In this document: positions 1 to 13,461 of the stretch, piece after piece
Layout: every line of letters begins with the position of its first letter
Position numbering within the stretch: position 1 is the stretch's first letter
Source of the DNA: Lama guanicoe
Lineage: Eukaryota
Direction of reading: 5' to 3'
Assembly (NCBI GenBank): GCA_013239625.1
Contig: MU054049.1
Span: 11,015-75,014, forward strand
Length of the DNA: 64,000 bases
Translations under genes and position numbers: made by a program
Notes under the pieces: model-generated
Told to the model about the DNA's origin: nothing
The model's database searches: none
Seen by the model: the letters and a program-made list of their open reading frames with translations, nothing else

Positions 1-344
1 CACGGTCCCCCAGGCCCCTCTGACTTGCCTGCTCTGCCCTGGGCCCTGCAGGACGAGCTGGCTGCCAAGGGAGGGAGGAATCTGCCTGGAAGAAGTTAAT
101 TTTTTCCTTTCTGGAGTTTGCCCTCCCTGTGGCCCCTGCCTGGAACATTCCTCGGCACCACTTTCCCCTTGCCGCCCGTTAATTTGCCCTTCAGGGTGAA
201 CCTGTGCCTCAGAGACACCCTGACAGCCCCTCCATCCTGGGGAGACCTCTCAGGGCCTCCAGCATCCCCGCTGCTCCTGGAGCCCCAGAGAAAAACAGCC
301 CCACAGAGGTGTGACTGTTTCACATTCAGTGAAGCCTTTCAGGG

Positions 345-790
345 TGTCAACGAAAAACCAGTCTATCTAAGAAAGAAATGGAAAATTTTATTCGAAGGAA
401 ATTTGAGGATTATAACCTACGAAGAGCATCTCGGAAAGCTCTGAGAACTGTTCTGCCTGTTAGAAGTCAATTCACGTAAGTTTTTTGAGACAGAAGGCTG
501 TATGTTAAATGAAGTATTATCAACTGTTTACACAATACAGAGCTGAGCATCATCGTGGCCCCTTACAAGGTCGAGCAGGAATGTTATCTTTTAAGGAGCT
601 GTCCTGTCGTTGCTAGGAGAATGTTGCTCTTGGTAGTTGAGAACATATTTCTGCCCACGGGGAAGGTTGGTCGATGTGTGATGCAGATACACCACGCACC
701 GCAGCTGGGGAGAGGAGGTCAAAGGAGAGGGAAAACTTTTTATGTTGACATTTTTCTCATCTTACGGTAAAATGTGAATTTTATTTCACA
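345..790 (-). mobile_element. Solo LTR (ERV1-like)
   Basis: TG...CA termini; 4-bp flanks AGGG/CGGG (TSD with 1 mismatch); AATAAA on the minus strand near 386-392; reverse complement of 345-470 aligns with 40430-40561. Confidence 0.75.
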
Positions 791-3665
791 CGGGTTACAG
801 GTAAGAACCTTCCCCTCCGGTTTCCTGACCCTGGCTCCAGCGCTCTCTTCTCTACACCCAGAGTGTCCCCAGGCTGCTTCTTTTGGACCTGTGAGCAGGA
901 GTGGGTGGGGCTGGGGCCGGGCCAGCACGCAGGGGGCGGGGAGACAGCTGTGCGGGGCGGCAGCCGCTGCCCAGAGCTGCCGTGAGAACTGGGGATCGGT
1001 CACCACACCACATTGCGAGATGCCACCAGAAGAGGAAGACTGCGGCCGTCTTGGGCGGCAGGGACTGACAAATCCCCTGCTCGTGGCCCCAGACTCCCCA
1101 CTGTCCTTGGGGGCCTTGCGGGCCAGCACTCAGGCATCCTCACGGGTGAGCTTTCTGAGGACCCCGGCTGCTCACGGAGGGGCGCCCACGTCATGACACG
1201 AGGGTCAGTGTCTGGGGAGCGGGCACCCTCTGGGAGGGTCTGGCCAAAGCCTAGTCGGGAGGATGACCCTAGCTAGGTCACCGCAGTGTGGCGGCCCTGG
1301 GCAGAGCCCAGAGAGAGACACTGGACTCTGAGGCCAAGACGGGACGCAGAGCCTGGTGCAGGGAGATCAGGCAGGGCCCGCTCTCTGAGAGCCCAAAGGC
1401 ACACTGCCCCCGGGAGGCCGCGGGAGAACCCAGCCTGCTCCCGCCCTCTGCTCAGGCCCCGCCCTGACCAGCTCCTGCCGCCAGGACCTCACCTTCTTGT
1501 CGAAGCTCATTCCTTGCTTGGCTTCTGGGATGCCCAGCACTGCTTGCCACTCTTATCCATCACTTTTCTGCCACCTAACTGTCCCCCGGGGCTCCTCCCT
1601 GTGCCCTCTTTGTTGGTGATTCTGAGGCTTGGCTACCCTTTGGGATCACCTGGGTACCTTCCCATCCCAGAGACAAGAGCCTGGAGGTCCCCACCTGCTC
1701 TTTCAGGGTCCCCTCGGCTCAACAACCCCACTCCAGAATCGTCCATTGGGTCTCACGTCACTCTGGGCCTCCGCTGTCCTGCGTCACCCCCACGTCCACT
1801 CTGGAACTTCTCACCCGCCCGCCTGTGCCCGTAGCCCGCCCCTGTGGCTCCTTCCTCCTCGTGAAGGGGTTTCCCTCACTCCTGGGTGGGTGTGGGTGGC
1901 TCTCCGCCCTGGCTGTGAGCTTTGGCCCTGTACAGTGATCCTCTTTCCCAGGATCACCTGGCTGGGGAAGGCCAGGTGATGTCAGAGAGTCAAGCAGGAA
2001 GAGGGTGTCCGAGGCCACGGTGCTCCCTGGGCCCTGCTGATTGAGCCCTGGCCGGGGTGTCAGACAGAGCTGGGTCCAGCGTGCCGCACACTGGAGTGAC
2101 TGTCTGAGTCCTCTGTGCTAGGTCCTCATGGGTGAAATCATTGTGACCTCCCCTTCCCACCACTCAGGCGGGCTCTGTGTGGCCCACACAAGACAGCCAG
2201 GCTGGCAGAAGCTGGTATGGTGCCTGGGAGGTGCTCAGGACCCAACCAGGCCAAGCTGGAGCTCTTGTGAGATGTTAACTCTTCCTGGGTGGGTGGGGGG
2301 CACGGCGTGGTGGGTGGGGTGGGCGGGGAGGAAGTTCACAAGATCTCCAACCTTACATTTCCCTCGTCATTGCTACGAGTGATGGATGCTGCTGTTTCCA
2401 ATACTCAGCTGACAGCAGGCCATGCAGAACCTGCAGCCCTGGTCCAGGGGAGCACAGATGGTCCACGAAGCAGGTGAGCAGCAGAGAGGAAGGCAGATAC
2501 TGTGGGAACATACGGCAGGGGATCCAGCCTTGTCCGGGCCCCGGTGTTGGGCGGCTGCTCTGAGGAAGTGATGTCTCACAGGCCCCGATGACTCATCACA
2601 GTCAGCTCAGGAGTGGGGCTAGGGGTGGAGGGAGCAGAAAGGCAAAAGGCAAAACAGAGCTAAGTGATGCCCTTGGTGTGGGGTCCCTGTCCAGATGGGG
2701 TATGCGGGCACACGGACACAGCTGGCACCCATTAGAACGTGGGAAGGCCGCGTAGGAGGGTGTGGCCTGTTCAGGGTGAGAAGGGCTGCAGAGTCACCAG
2801 GGAAAGGAGCAGAGGAGGCTGCGAATACCGAGGAGCCTTGTGGGTCATCAAAAAGGGTTTCCAAGTTTAGCCCGAGCACGCTGAGGCCATATGAACAGGG
2901 CATGGAGGGGAATGGCTTGATGGGGCCCAGATTTCTGGAGGCCTGCAGCCGGGCAGAGCCTGTCAGGACAAGGCAAGTGAGTAGGAGGGGAGACGGGGTT
3001 TGCCAAAAAGGAGAGAGATAGAAACTGTGATGGGATGTGGGTGTGGGGATGGAGGTGGCTTGCAGGGCAGGGACTTGGAGGCCACGATGTGATGGCATTG
3101 GCTGGGTCATCTGGTGGATGTGGAGTTCCCTGGGATAATGGTGGGCTCTGGGCTTTGGGCAGCATCAATGTGGTACCCAAGTCTGCAGTGAATGAGGGAC
3201 AGATGATGATCGTGGGGAAAAGGGTGGAGGATGGGAGAGAAGAATGATAGGACAAGGGGCCCTGACACTGGGCAGGCTGGGCTCTGGCAGAGGGGCTGGG
3301 GCCCACCCTCTGGCATCGACCTGGCCGCCCCAGCCAGGAGTCTGCTGTTTGTAACAGGACGCTGCACATTTGGTGGGAGGCCTGTGGGTCAGACAAGTGG
3401 GCACTGAAGGCCTTGAGCAGTGCACGTCCCCACACCCCGCCAAGTATTCTCCCATCTCTCCAGGTTTTAAAGAAATATCTCCACCCTCCAGAAAGCAAGA
3501 ACAAAGCTGTTACCATAGACAACCTGATAAAAGGGGACACAGAGTGGGCCTGAAATCAACTAAGTGGTGAGACAAGTCTCCATTGTGTTCGTTCCATGAA
3601 TTTACTAACCCTGATGTTTTAAAACTGATTTTTAAACTGGGCTAGTAAAGAAATGTAAGCTATGA

Positions 3666-3679
3666 GCGCCATCTCCTGG
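3666..3679 (-). promoter_or_regulatory. Candidate CTCF motif
   Basis: Minus strand CCAGGAGATGGCGC resembles the CTCF core; motif match only. Confidence 0.4.
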
Positions 3680-4555
3680 AATAATTTACTGTATCATGCC
3701 AACCTCTGGTCAGCCTGTCCTCAGCAAGCCCTTGGACACCTAACACCTGAGGCTATACCACAGGAAGGCCCCTAGGGGGCACTGTCGAAGATATCCATTT
3801 AGCCCACTGTGCCTTCTGCCCTCTGGGCTCCCCGGGTTAGTCTGAGACAGCCCCAAGCCTTGCCCTACCCAGGGCGTGACTCCTGCCCCTGGCCTCCTTC
3901 CCCATTATGGCCTCCTGACAGCATGATGAGAATCTCCCAGAGCTGGCCATCTGCTCCTTGAGCTAGAGTTTGCTTCCCTGGGATGCCTACCACCCACGGA
4001 TAGCAGGGAAATAAAGAATGAAAGTCCAAGATTTCCAGTTACAAGGAATTGCACCTTTGGGTTGAGAACCCCAGGTCATCTTGGGGCTCATCAGCTGCAA
4101 TGCTGGGCATCTCGATGCCACTGTAGCCCCCAGAATCTCCACAAGGATCATGAGCTGGGGCTGCCACCCACACTTCCTTAGCTTTTCATCTGTCAAGGGA
4201 GATGATGAGTCTCCAAAGTCCTTCCTGATCTTGTAGCAAAAGTGGGTCCTGACCCAGCATTGCCTCAGACTTCCAGGAACTCATCCTGCAGGAGATGCCC
4301 CTCAGGAGCCCCCACTGTGTGTGTGAGGGCAGGCAGCTGTGTGCGCATTCATGTCCAGTCTTCACATAGCTGTGGGCTCTATTGAGGGGAGGATGACCTG
4401 CCTGGGGTTGTCAACTTGTCTGTAACAATGGAGCCGAGCAGGACCTGTGGCCTCTTTATCTACAAAGCCTGTAGGAGTCTTTTCCCAGGACCCCACTGAC
4501 CCCCAGAACCCACCACTTGAAGAGGGGCTCCTGAGGGTGTCAGCTGATAAACGGC

Positions 4556-5105
4556 TGTTATGGGCCGAGCTATGTCCTCCCCAAATTCACCTGTTGAAGC
4601 CCTAACCCCTAGGACCTCAGAGTGTGACTGGAGATGTGGTCTTCACAGAGGTAACTAACTTCAGGGAGGTCATAAGGGTTGGCCCTCATCCAATATAATT
4701 GGTATCTTTTTTTTTTAACTGAAGTATAGTCAGTTACAATGTGTTAATTTCTGGTGTATGGCATACTATTTCAGTCATGCATATACATACATATTGTTCA
4801 TTTTCATATTCTTTTTCATTAAAAGTTATAATTCCCTGTGCTATACAGAAGAAATTTGTTTTTTTAATCTATTCTTTCAGGTGTCCTTTTAAGAAGAGAA
4901 AGTTAGGACACAGATGGATAGAGAGGGGGCACTGTGCAAAGACATAAGGAGAGTACGACCATCTACAAGCCAAGCAGAGAGGGCTCAGAATGAACCTGGC
5001 AGACCCATTGATCTTGGACTTCCAGCCTCTAAAATTGTAAGAAAATAGGTATCTGTTGTTTAAACCACTCTGTCTCTGGTTTAGCAGCCCAAGCAAATGG
5101 ATACA
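4556..5105 (+). mobile_element. MaLR LTR (MLT1-type), interrupted by an L1 3' fragment
   Basis: TGTTATGGG...ATACA termini; typical MLT1 motifs (GAAGCCCTAACCCC, GGACTTCCAGCCTC); 5-bp TSD ACGGC/ATGGC. Confidence 0.85.
4707..4878 (-). mobile_element. L1 3' end fragment nested in the MLT1
   Basis: Poly-T followed by L1 3'UTR-like sequence similar to 42840-42990. Confidence 0.75.
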
Positions 5106-5703
5106 ATGGCTTCCCAGCCAAGTGTCAGGCATCCCTTGTTAACATTCTCTGCATTTACACAACCACTGACTCTTACTCTTGCGACACAAAATCAAACAAA
5201 ACCAACACGTTGACAAGGCTTCCCGTTCCTGAGGGACGTCAGGGAGCGAGGTATGGAGTGGGTGTGTGTTCTCTTTAAGCACCTGCAGTTGCTCTGGTCT
5301 CTGAATGGGGCCCAAATCAAACCACTGGGTCCCAGCCCACAGGGGTTAAGCACTCTCCTTAGTTCTTCCTTTTCTCATTGGCTTATTTCTCTGAAATGCC
5401 TGTGCCCGGCATTTTGTGCCAGGGAAAGCCTTCTAATAAACAGCTTGGGAGACCGATGTGCTGGCGGAGACAGAACAGGCCCACGAGGGGGTGGGAGAGG
5501 CTTCACCGCCTCTGTCCCTGCTGTTGGCAGGACGCTGATCCGAGGCCCAAGCAGTGACAGGACAAATAAGTGGGGGAGGGCGTCCCAAGAAAGAGCAACT
5601 CCAGGTACAAATGCTTTGAAGGGTAAGAGTTGTGTGACTTAGGGGAGCCCTGCAGACAATCCCTGCATACATATACAGGGGCCATTCCAGCAAAAGCTTG
5701 TTT

Positions 5704-5709
5704 TTTATT
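5704..5709 (-). terminator. Candidate polyadenylation signal of ANTXRL-like copy B
   Basis: AATAAA on the minus strand about 735 nt downstream of the last-exon stop codon. Confidence 0.4.
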
Positions 5710-6443
5710 TCGAACATAAGGAAAGTTATGGTCCTCACTGTCCATCTACTTCAATCCATACATATTCACAACCCAACCCTGACATCCTTTACCTATAGTG
5801 GTCTTACAGAAATCCAACTGAAAGGCACAAATGTAACAGTCAAGGAGCTGGAGGGGAGGGTGGAGAGTGTTTTAACTGACTATCAACATGGATTAGGGAC
5901 AACTAGTTCTGATCCCCCTGGGGGCCCTTCCGGAAGTGCTCCCCGGGGGTGTGTGCGCGGTGCTTGGAGTAGTCAGAGACACCGTGTGCGCACGCTGGGT
6001 GGTGGGGAGGACACTGAACGCTAAAACATCTCTGTCGGGAGCACGGTTTCTTCTACGGTGGCAGATGGCAAGTAACAGAGGTTGAACTTCTCCAGAGAAA
6101 TGGAGAGACTCCTCCAAAACTCCCCTGGGCTTGGAGACAGTTTGGGGGAATCTGGAAAGAGAAGGTGCACTTCCAGCTGGGGAACAGTAGAGGGCGTCAT
6201 TTCTTTCTGGGACACATTTGGAGAGCAGGTAGCCAAAAAACGGAAACCAGGAAAACGGAGTGAAGGAGGTGAGAAATAAGTATTCCTCTCTGCATAAGAT
6301 TAGGGAAGGAGACACAGGATTGTATTAATATTTCAAAGATGTTTTGGGCTTTGTTCAAAGGGCAGAATTTGGCTATAACCGCATGCATCACAGCCCTTGG
6401 TGACAAATGAACACGCAGCCGTTGGGAGTGGGACACATCATGT

Positions 6444-6659
6444 CTACTTCCTCAGGACAATAGGGTGCGAGGGGGCAGGGGGGTGGATCAGCGGCAGCAT
6501 CCTGGAGGGAAGCCTGGGGCACATGGACAGGGGGTGTTGGCACCGTGAGCAGAAGTTCTTGATGGGGAAGCGCTCCCGCCTGGGCTGAACGCAGATCTTG
6601 GGGCCGCAGGGCAGCTGCCCACAGTGGGGCTTCATTAGGGCGACACTGATGCATCTCCC
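6444..6659 (-). pseudogene. Copy B last exon (cytoplasmic tail)
   Basis: CTGCAG acceptor, then GRCISVALMKPHCGQLPCGPKIC...PSRMLPL...LRK*, resembling the ANTXRL C-terminus. Confidence 0.8.
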
Positions 6660-7443
6660 CTGCAGTGGGGAGAGAGAGAGAGAAGGTCACTAGAACCCGC
6701 TGGAATTGGGAGCAGAAGGCTGTGGTTTCCCTGGTCTCTGGGGCCTGCTGAGCGCCTTCTCTGCTCAAGCCCACCCTTTTCCTGCTGCCCAGAGTCTCAC
6801 TGATCCCCCTGCTGCGTCTGTCTGGGCCTGCTGGTCCCCAGAAAGGCCCACCAGTCCCCACAGGGGCTCCATGTGGTGTGCAGGCTTCCCGCTTCCATGA
6901 ACCTGTCACTTAGGCATGAAGTGTCACCTTGAGTGCCTGTGGGTGACAAAGGCCACTGAACGCTGCCTTCTCCTCCTGGGACTGTCATTTTCCTCACCCC
7001 AGGTTTTAAAATCCTCAGCAACCCTTTAGAATAATGGTGGTTTTCCCCAGTAATGTAGCCACACTGGGAAAACAGAACACCTAAACCCTCTTGAATTTTT
7101 CACAAGCTCTTTTTTTTTTTTTTAATGGGAGCACTGTGGGTTGAACTCAGGACCTCGTTCAGACAGCAGTGGAGACCCCGGGAGATGGCAGCGCCCATGA
7201 GTCTGCCGTGTGGACATAAGGGGGTACGGGAGGTAGCAGGGCCTTGGGAAGTGACGGTGTCCTTCCCCTCTGATTTTCTATTAATGAAGAGATCTAAGCC
7301 AGTAACCAATCTCTTCTTACACCAGCTCAGCCTCAGCGAAGGGATGTTTCTTGACACAATTGGCAAGTGGTTGACTGAACCTTAACTTCCAGTGCTTTGG
7401 AGCTTTGGCTCCAATTCTGGATTTCCTGCTTGCTACATAAGGA

Positions 7444-7492
7444 TGTGCGTGTGTGTGTGTGTGTGTGCGTGCCTGCGTGTGTGTGTGTGTGT
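7444..7492. repeat. (TG)n microsatellite, interrupted
   Basis: Directly visible. Confidence 0.9.
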
Positions 7493-9158
7493 GGAGTAGG
7501 GGTGCAGGGGTCGTCAGGCCTGCTTCCATCGCTATCCCAAAGTCATGATCTGAGAGTTTCCTGAAGCACAGCTGTCAAGTTAGGACTTCCTGGAGGGCTG
7601 AAGCCCTGTCCCAGCTTTTATCACACACCCCTGTGGACGGGGCCTAAGGACAAGGACTCAGGACCTCCTTGGCCATGAGCGCATCATACGGCCTGTCTGC
7701 AGCTCTAATCGTTACCCTGGACAACTGTTTCCAGCAAATACATGTGAGCTCAAATTTAGACGTAGTCTGCAAACAACACAGTGTGAAAATAAGACATTAA
7801 TATTCACAATTGTTTGCAAGAGGAAGGAAGAACTTTCCAGACATTTCTCTATCTCCCTGACAGCAGGGTACAGGAGACATAGACTGGGCTGGGAAGTGAG
7901 ACTCCCCTGGGGTCCTTTGCAGCCCCGCTAACCCCTCCATAGCCCTGTCACATTGAGCTCATCAGGAAATGTCAGAGCCTCAGTTTCTTCAGCCTCAAAA
8001 TGCGGAGCAGTGCCCACTTGGCAGGACGGAGAGGCAGCCACGCTCGCAGGGAGCAGCTGGGCACCGGGCTGTTGGTGCTGGTCTTCCTGCTTCACGGCTG
8101 TGTGACTGGGCAGGTGACTCCACTGAGTAGGGGTCAGCTTCCTCCTCCACCCAGTTGTTGGAAGGATGAAAAGCATGAGCTTGTGTAAAGTGCTCAGTGT
8201 CTGGCCATCCCTGCTCCGTATAAACCACTGCTGTTAATTGTGACAATGAAGTGAGATCCTCAGGTTAAGGGTCTTGTGTGGTGGCGACATCACCCAGGCT
8301 ATACTCTCTGGGGACACTTATATCACTGTCAGCATCACATTCAGTGAGACAGGGGAGGGCTTCCCACTTTTACGTGATTTTCCTGATGGATTTAGGAGAA
8401 CTGATTTCCATGAGCTGAATGGGCTGCCCTGGGAAAGGCGGTGAAGGAAGAGGATCAGGACCTTGAGTGGGAGTCAGGGTTTGGCTCAAGACTAAGAAAC
8501 TAGACTGTCTGATTGCATCATCATCATCATCATCGTGTATCTGTGTGCAGGGAGAGGTGGTCTGGAAGGGACCATTACTAGGAAACTTCCTCTGGGGATT
8601 AGAAGGCAGGGCCGGGTAGGGCAGAGACGTACAGTCACTTTGCAGAAAGTTACAGCAAACAAGACTGACTACTTCTGCTGCAAAACCGCTGAGGTTTTTG
8701 GTAAACTGAGCCTCTGGGAACGTCCTGCATTGTACTGTGCTGAGGTACAAAACATCTGGATTCACTGAAACAAGCAGCGGACTGGGCTTTTACAAGGCAG
8801 TGGCTCCTACAAGTTCACCACCAGACTCCACTGCTAACTCCCGAGCACTTGCCCATTGGCAGGCCTGACTGCAATTTCCACCCAGAAAGAGTCTGGACAG
8901 TAAGTTGTACCCCAAGTGCTCTTTTTAGTAACAGTCCCAGGGCACTGCCCAAGCCTGATGCGGGTTCAGCTCCTGGATGTGGGGCTCAGGGCCCTGAGCT
9001 GCCTGTGAGATGCTCCTCTAGGGGCCTGTCTGCACAGGCTGATTGCCGGGCCTGCCCAGGGCCCGCTGCTCCCTGCACTGGCCTCCCGGGGCGTCTCCCC
9101 CTCCTGTGCAGGGGGCAGGGCGGCCCTGGGTCTGGGAGCCACACCCCGGCGGCCTCAC

Positions 9159-9235
9159 GGCTCCTGCTGCTGATGCACATGTCGGTGTTGATGACGGCGG
9201 TCCCGTGGTTCAGGCCGACGTCAACATGCAGCTCC
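9159..9235 (-). pseudogene. Copy B exon 12 (Ig-like), 77 nt instead of 79
   Basis: AG|G ELHVDVGLNHGTAVINTDMCISSRS C|GTGAGG; terminal Cys codon lost. Confidence 0.75.
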
Positions 9236-9326
9236 CTGCAGCAGAGGAAGGGCAGGCAGCGACCCCGAGGCCGGACACACAAACTTCCTCCGCTTGGCTC
9301 ACACTGTAGCTCGCAGTCTCCTCACT

Positions 9327-10028
9327 GTAATGACTTTGAACATCAGGCATTCGGGGCTACCGCAGAGCAGACAGCGAGGGTAAGGAGAGCTCATCCCAAA
9401 GCACTGCGAGGTCGACCTCTGCAACGAAGGCTGCCCAGGCAGTGAGGAGCCCCACATGGGATCAGATGTCCTCCTGGCCGTGAGCCTAGTGACCAGGGAT
9501 GGCAGTATGGTGTCACCATCCCGACTCCTCTGTATTTACAGAGTATGTGAGTTTAGCTCCAAAATGCTGCCTGGAGCAAAGGTACCATCCCCGGGTACCT
9601 CCAGCATCATCTCCAGCATCCTGCCCTCCTCTGCAGAGCCTGGGCCACACTGCATCCCCGAGCAGCTCAGAGGACAACCAGCCAGGGCAGGTGAGGAGGG
9701 TGCCCTGAGCGCTCCTGGAGACAGACATGTGCTGCCTCAGGGGAGGTGGCGTACCACATTCTTTACACTTCATGGCGGCAAAACCTGCCCACGCGGCCTC
9801 CGGGCTGGGCACTTCATCTGGCTTCTCTGTCTTTACTCCTGGGCATATTATGGTGGCAGCTTCCACAGAGATAGGTTTTTTATCTAAAAGACAACCACAC
9901 AAGAAGAACGTCAATGGACTTGTCCGTCCATCCGTCCCTCCCCTTCTGCCTGCCCTTGGCGAGCAGAGCTCACACTTTGGCAGAAGCAGCTTCCCTTCTC
10001 TGCCCTGTTCTGACACCTCCCGTGCACC
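9327..10028 (+). repeat. Near-identical duplicated block (partner 34745-35460)
   Basis: First 133 nt identical by inspection; the rest differs by scattered substitutions and small indels. Confidence 0.95.
9814..9883 (-). pseudogene. Copy B exon 11 (70 nt), donor damaged
   Basis: KKPISVEAATIICPGVKTEKPD; followed by AGTGCC where copy A has GTAAGTGCC. Confidence 0.8.
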
Positions 10029-11788
10029 AGGCACTGTGCAGGGCTCCGGGCTTTAGTGAGGACAAGACAGGCAGACACTCTGCTCTCCAGGGCCTGACAC
10101 CGGAGGGACCGGGGAGGGAGACAGACAACACAGTAACAAACAATGAACAAACAAATGCTGAAGTGGAAAATGCTGTGACATCAACACACAAGGGAAGGGA
10201 CAGCCGTCTAAGAACAGGTGACCTGTCCTGTATTTTAGAGACAATTTTTCTTTAAAAGTAAGTGAAATGTTTATACAGGAAATGGTGTGATGTCTGGGAT
10301 TTGCTTCAAAATAATCAACGGTGAGGGATCAGTAAAGCCAGGCTGGCCGGGGTTGACCGTCACTGAGGGAGGTGGAGGCGGCTCCCAGTGCGCTGCACGA
10401 CTTTGGCTACTTTCGTGTATTATTTAAAATTCCCAGCAAGATGAGCTCTCTCTGAGGCGGTGGTCCTGGAGCTGGGGCCAGCTGAGGGGACAGCCAGGGA
10501 AAGTCCCCGAGGAGAGGGCTTCTGGCTGTGTGACCAAGACCTGAGGTGTACCCAGCTGAGCTGGTTGAGGGGAAAGAGGTGGGGGGGCAGCGCCTCGGGG
10601 GCCCCGGGAAGGGGATGGGGCTTTGCTCTAAGTGCAGTGAGTCTGTGGAGGGGCTGCAGGTCCGGGTGTGTTTGGACACAGAGGCAGCAGGACCTGCGGG
10701 AAACTGGATGTGGGGGTGGGGGCCAAGGGGGATCCAGGATAACGTGCAGGTGAGCAACCTGAGGGCCTGGGGGTGGGGGTGCCATTTACTGTCACCAGGG
10801 AGCCTGAGGAGGGGGCGGGGCCTCTGTGTGCGTGTTCTGTTATTTGGGGGAGCTGGGAGGCGCACTCACGGGGCTCAGACAGTTCACAGCAGGCAGCTGT
10901 GGAGCCTTCTCTGTCCTGAGCCCTAACTCGCTGCGTCCCTGCTGTAAGGAGAGAAGGGAGGCCCGGCTGCTCTGCCTGGTTGCTTTCCTGCCAGTGCCCT
11001 CCCCACCCTGCTCCAGCTTCCCCGGGTCCCCGACTCCTCTGAAAGTTAGGACCAATGGTCCTAACCCCCAGGGTCACACCACTTCCGACATCGGTGATTT
11101 GGGAGGACAATTCTTTCCCTGGCCTTCTTCATGACCCGGGCTTCCCTGGGTCCTAGGAGCTAAGCCGCCACTTCCCAGAGGCCGGAACCTCGGCTGGGCG
11201 CCTGGCGCCCCCGGTGGACAGATGCGGGTCTGCATGTTTCCCCCTGTAGGAGCAAAGGCCAGGTCTCTCCTGCAGCTGCATCCACTGGGCTGTGATCAGA
11301 GGGGGAGGAAGCTCTGCAGGAGGGGCCATACTCAGTGCCAAACCCCGGGAGAATCTCCCTAAGAGTGAAGGTAGTTTTAAATGTCGTTCTTTAAACATTT
11401 TTCAAAAATAGATGTCTGTTTAGAAAAACTCTCTATTTTTTACAAGTCTAAGTGTCACTGCCTGGACACTTGAATTAAAAAAAAAAACCAGACTATAATC
11501 AAAGTAAAGATTCTTCACTTAGAGCCCTAATCTGTTAGTGGTTTTGTAGACTCATTGTAACTTCAGGGTTTTTTGCAGCGTGGGGTTGGGAACTGGTTTG
11601 TCTCATGAAGAAACGTCTGTGTGATGCTCACTACTTCCTTCAATTCCACTGCAATTTTTGGTCTGTCCTTCAAAGAAAATGAGGTTTACTAAACTGTATT
11701 TGACATATTACAGGCACTTACCTGTGGGTTTGGGATTTGGGGTGATGTTTTATTCTTTACTCTTTTGTATTTTCCTGCTTTTCATATC

Positions 11789-11920
11789 TTTTTTTAATTT
11801 TTATTTTTTATTGAAGTGTAATTGATTTACAATGTTAGTTTCAGGTGCACAGTGAAGCAATTCAGTTATACATATAATACATACATATATGTATATATAT
11901 ATATAGATTCTTTTCTATTA
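11789..11920 (-). mobile_element. L1 3' end fragment
   Basis: T-rich tail, then TTGAAGTGTAATTGATTTACAATGTTAGTTTCAGGTG typical of an L1 3'UTR. Confidence 0.7.
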
Positions 11921-11970
11921 AAAATAAATCTCTGGCTTTTGGGGGGTAATTAGGTTTATTTCTTTCTTTC

Positions 11971-12018
<48 letters not shown>

Positions 12019-12106
12019 CTATGTATCTAAGGGAGGTACTGAAGATTGAACCCAGGACCTTGTGCATGCTAAGCACACACTCTACCACTGAGCTATACCT
12101 GCCCCC
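11921..12106 (-). mobile_element. tRNA-Ala-derived SINE (Vic-1-like) with internal (CTAT)n
   Basis: Minus strand GGTATAGCTCAGTGGTAGAG (A box) ... GGTTCAATC (B box); AACCTAATTACC tail shared with the SINE at 29348. Confidence 0.85.
11971..12019. repeat. (CTAT)n tetranucleotide microsatellite
   Basis: About 12 tandem units visible. Confidence 0.95.
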
Positions 12107-13009
12107 GGGTATCATTTTTATAATGAACAATCTCTAATAATTTTAAAAATTGTTTTTCTCTTTCTTGCTGCAGGCCAGGGCTATTCCCTACAAATGGCTC
12201 ATTTCCATGTGGAAAGTTTTTGGGACCTATTTCAATGTCAGATGAGCTATGAAGTTTTGAACAGTGTTAGTCTTTCATTGGGAATGATAATGAAAACTAG
12301 TCACCAAGCATGATTAAGGGAAAGGCTTTGCATCTGAGAAGAAGGATGGTAGGAATTAAGTGAAATAAAACCTCACGGTTTGTATAAATTAACTTTTTAG
12401 CAGGCTGTTCACGGTCCAGAGTACAGAAAGTGAGGTGATGGCAGGTACCCCCCATACCAAGGCCCAGAAGAGCATGGTTGACTGAAAACGAGTTTTCAAA
12501 TCAATGTTAACTGATTAACTGAATACTTCATTCAAATGGCACATCAAAAAACTTCTTAAATTAGATAAAGCATCACACACTAAAGTCAGACAACATAAAA
12601 CATATAGAAACACTGATTTAAAGTTTTTTCTTTTTTGTGCTTCTCTATATTTTCTAAAATGTTTTACCATATGTTTTAATCAGCAGAAAATGTGATTAAA
12701 AGGAACCAAATCAATCCTCAGTGGGGCATCAGCGCTCCTGGCAATAAACAGACCTGCTTGGCCGCTTCCGGCCAGCCTCCCGCCAGGTGCAGTGGGGTGG
12801 TCAGCAGAGGAGCTCAGGACTGTGGGATGGGCTCTCCCATGTGAGCCCCGGTCCTGGTCCAGCTCAGAGAGAAACACTGGAGATTTCCGGGTGGGAGAGC
12901 AGTATAGCTGCCAAGCACAGAGGAGGAACATTTCCTGAAGGAGAGGTTGTGTCCCACCTTCAAGAGCTGTCATCTCAGTGAGGTTGAAGGCCCAGACGGG
13001 CAATCACAT

Positions 13010-13200
13010 CACCTCTGCCTACTTTCCAGCTCTTCCTGAACCAGCCTGTGACCTTGGACAAGCTCTTCAACTGCCCCTGACTCTGCTTCCAGTTCCATGC
13101 AAAAGAACAGCAGTAAGTCTCTTTTGAGAGTTAGTTGGGACAGTAAAGTAACACAGCACATGGCCTGATGTAGTAGGTGCTCAATTAACATTAGCTCTCC
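13010..13200 (+). mobile_element. MIR SINE
   Basis: TGTGACCTTGGACAAG...AGTAGGTGCTCAATTAA MIR hallmarks. Confidence 0.65.
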
Positions 13201-13461
13201 ATGCAAAGTAGTTACTCAGTCCCTAACCACTCCTGAGAAAGTATAAACCAAGGAGCATCTAACTCCCTGAGGCCATCTACACACTGTGTGGTGTGGGAGT
13301 GTGGCAGTGGCAGAGTCCTGCCCATTCTATGTGCCCATGGCAGAAAGAGAGATGGCCCAGAAGTGTGCTGGGGGAGAGGAATCTGTCTGAGTTGACCAGA
13401 TGGCCTTGGAATGGGAATTCACTGAATATGATCTAATCATATTAAATGACTGTATCAGGGG

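Noticed and set aside
800..3570. Many overlapping 100-230 aa ORFs and a donor-like site near 1492
   Set aside because: GC-rich chance ORFs with no recognisable domain; ANXA8 or a third ANTXRL copy could not be supported
6660..9158. Expected TM and juxtamembrane exons of copy B
   Set aside because: No hydrophobic exon with proper splice sites found by eye; candidates such as LSWCKK near 7320 lack a donor
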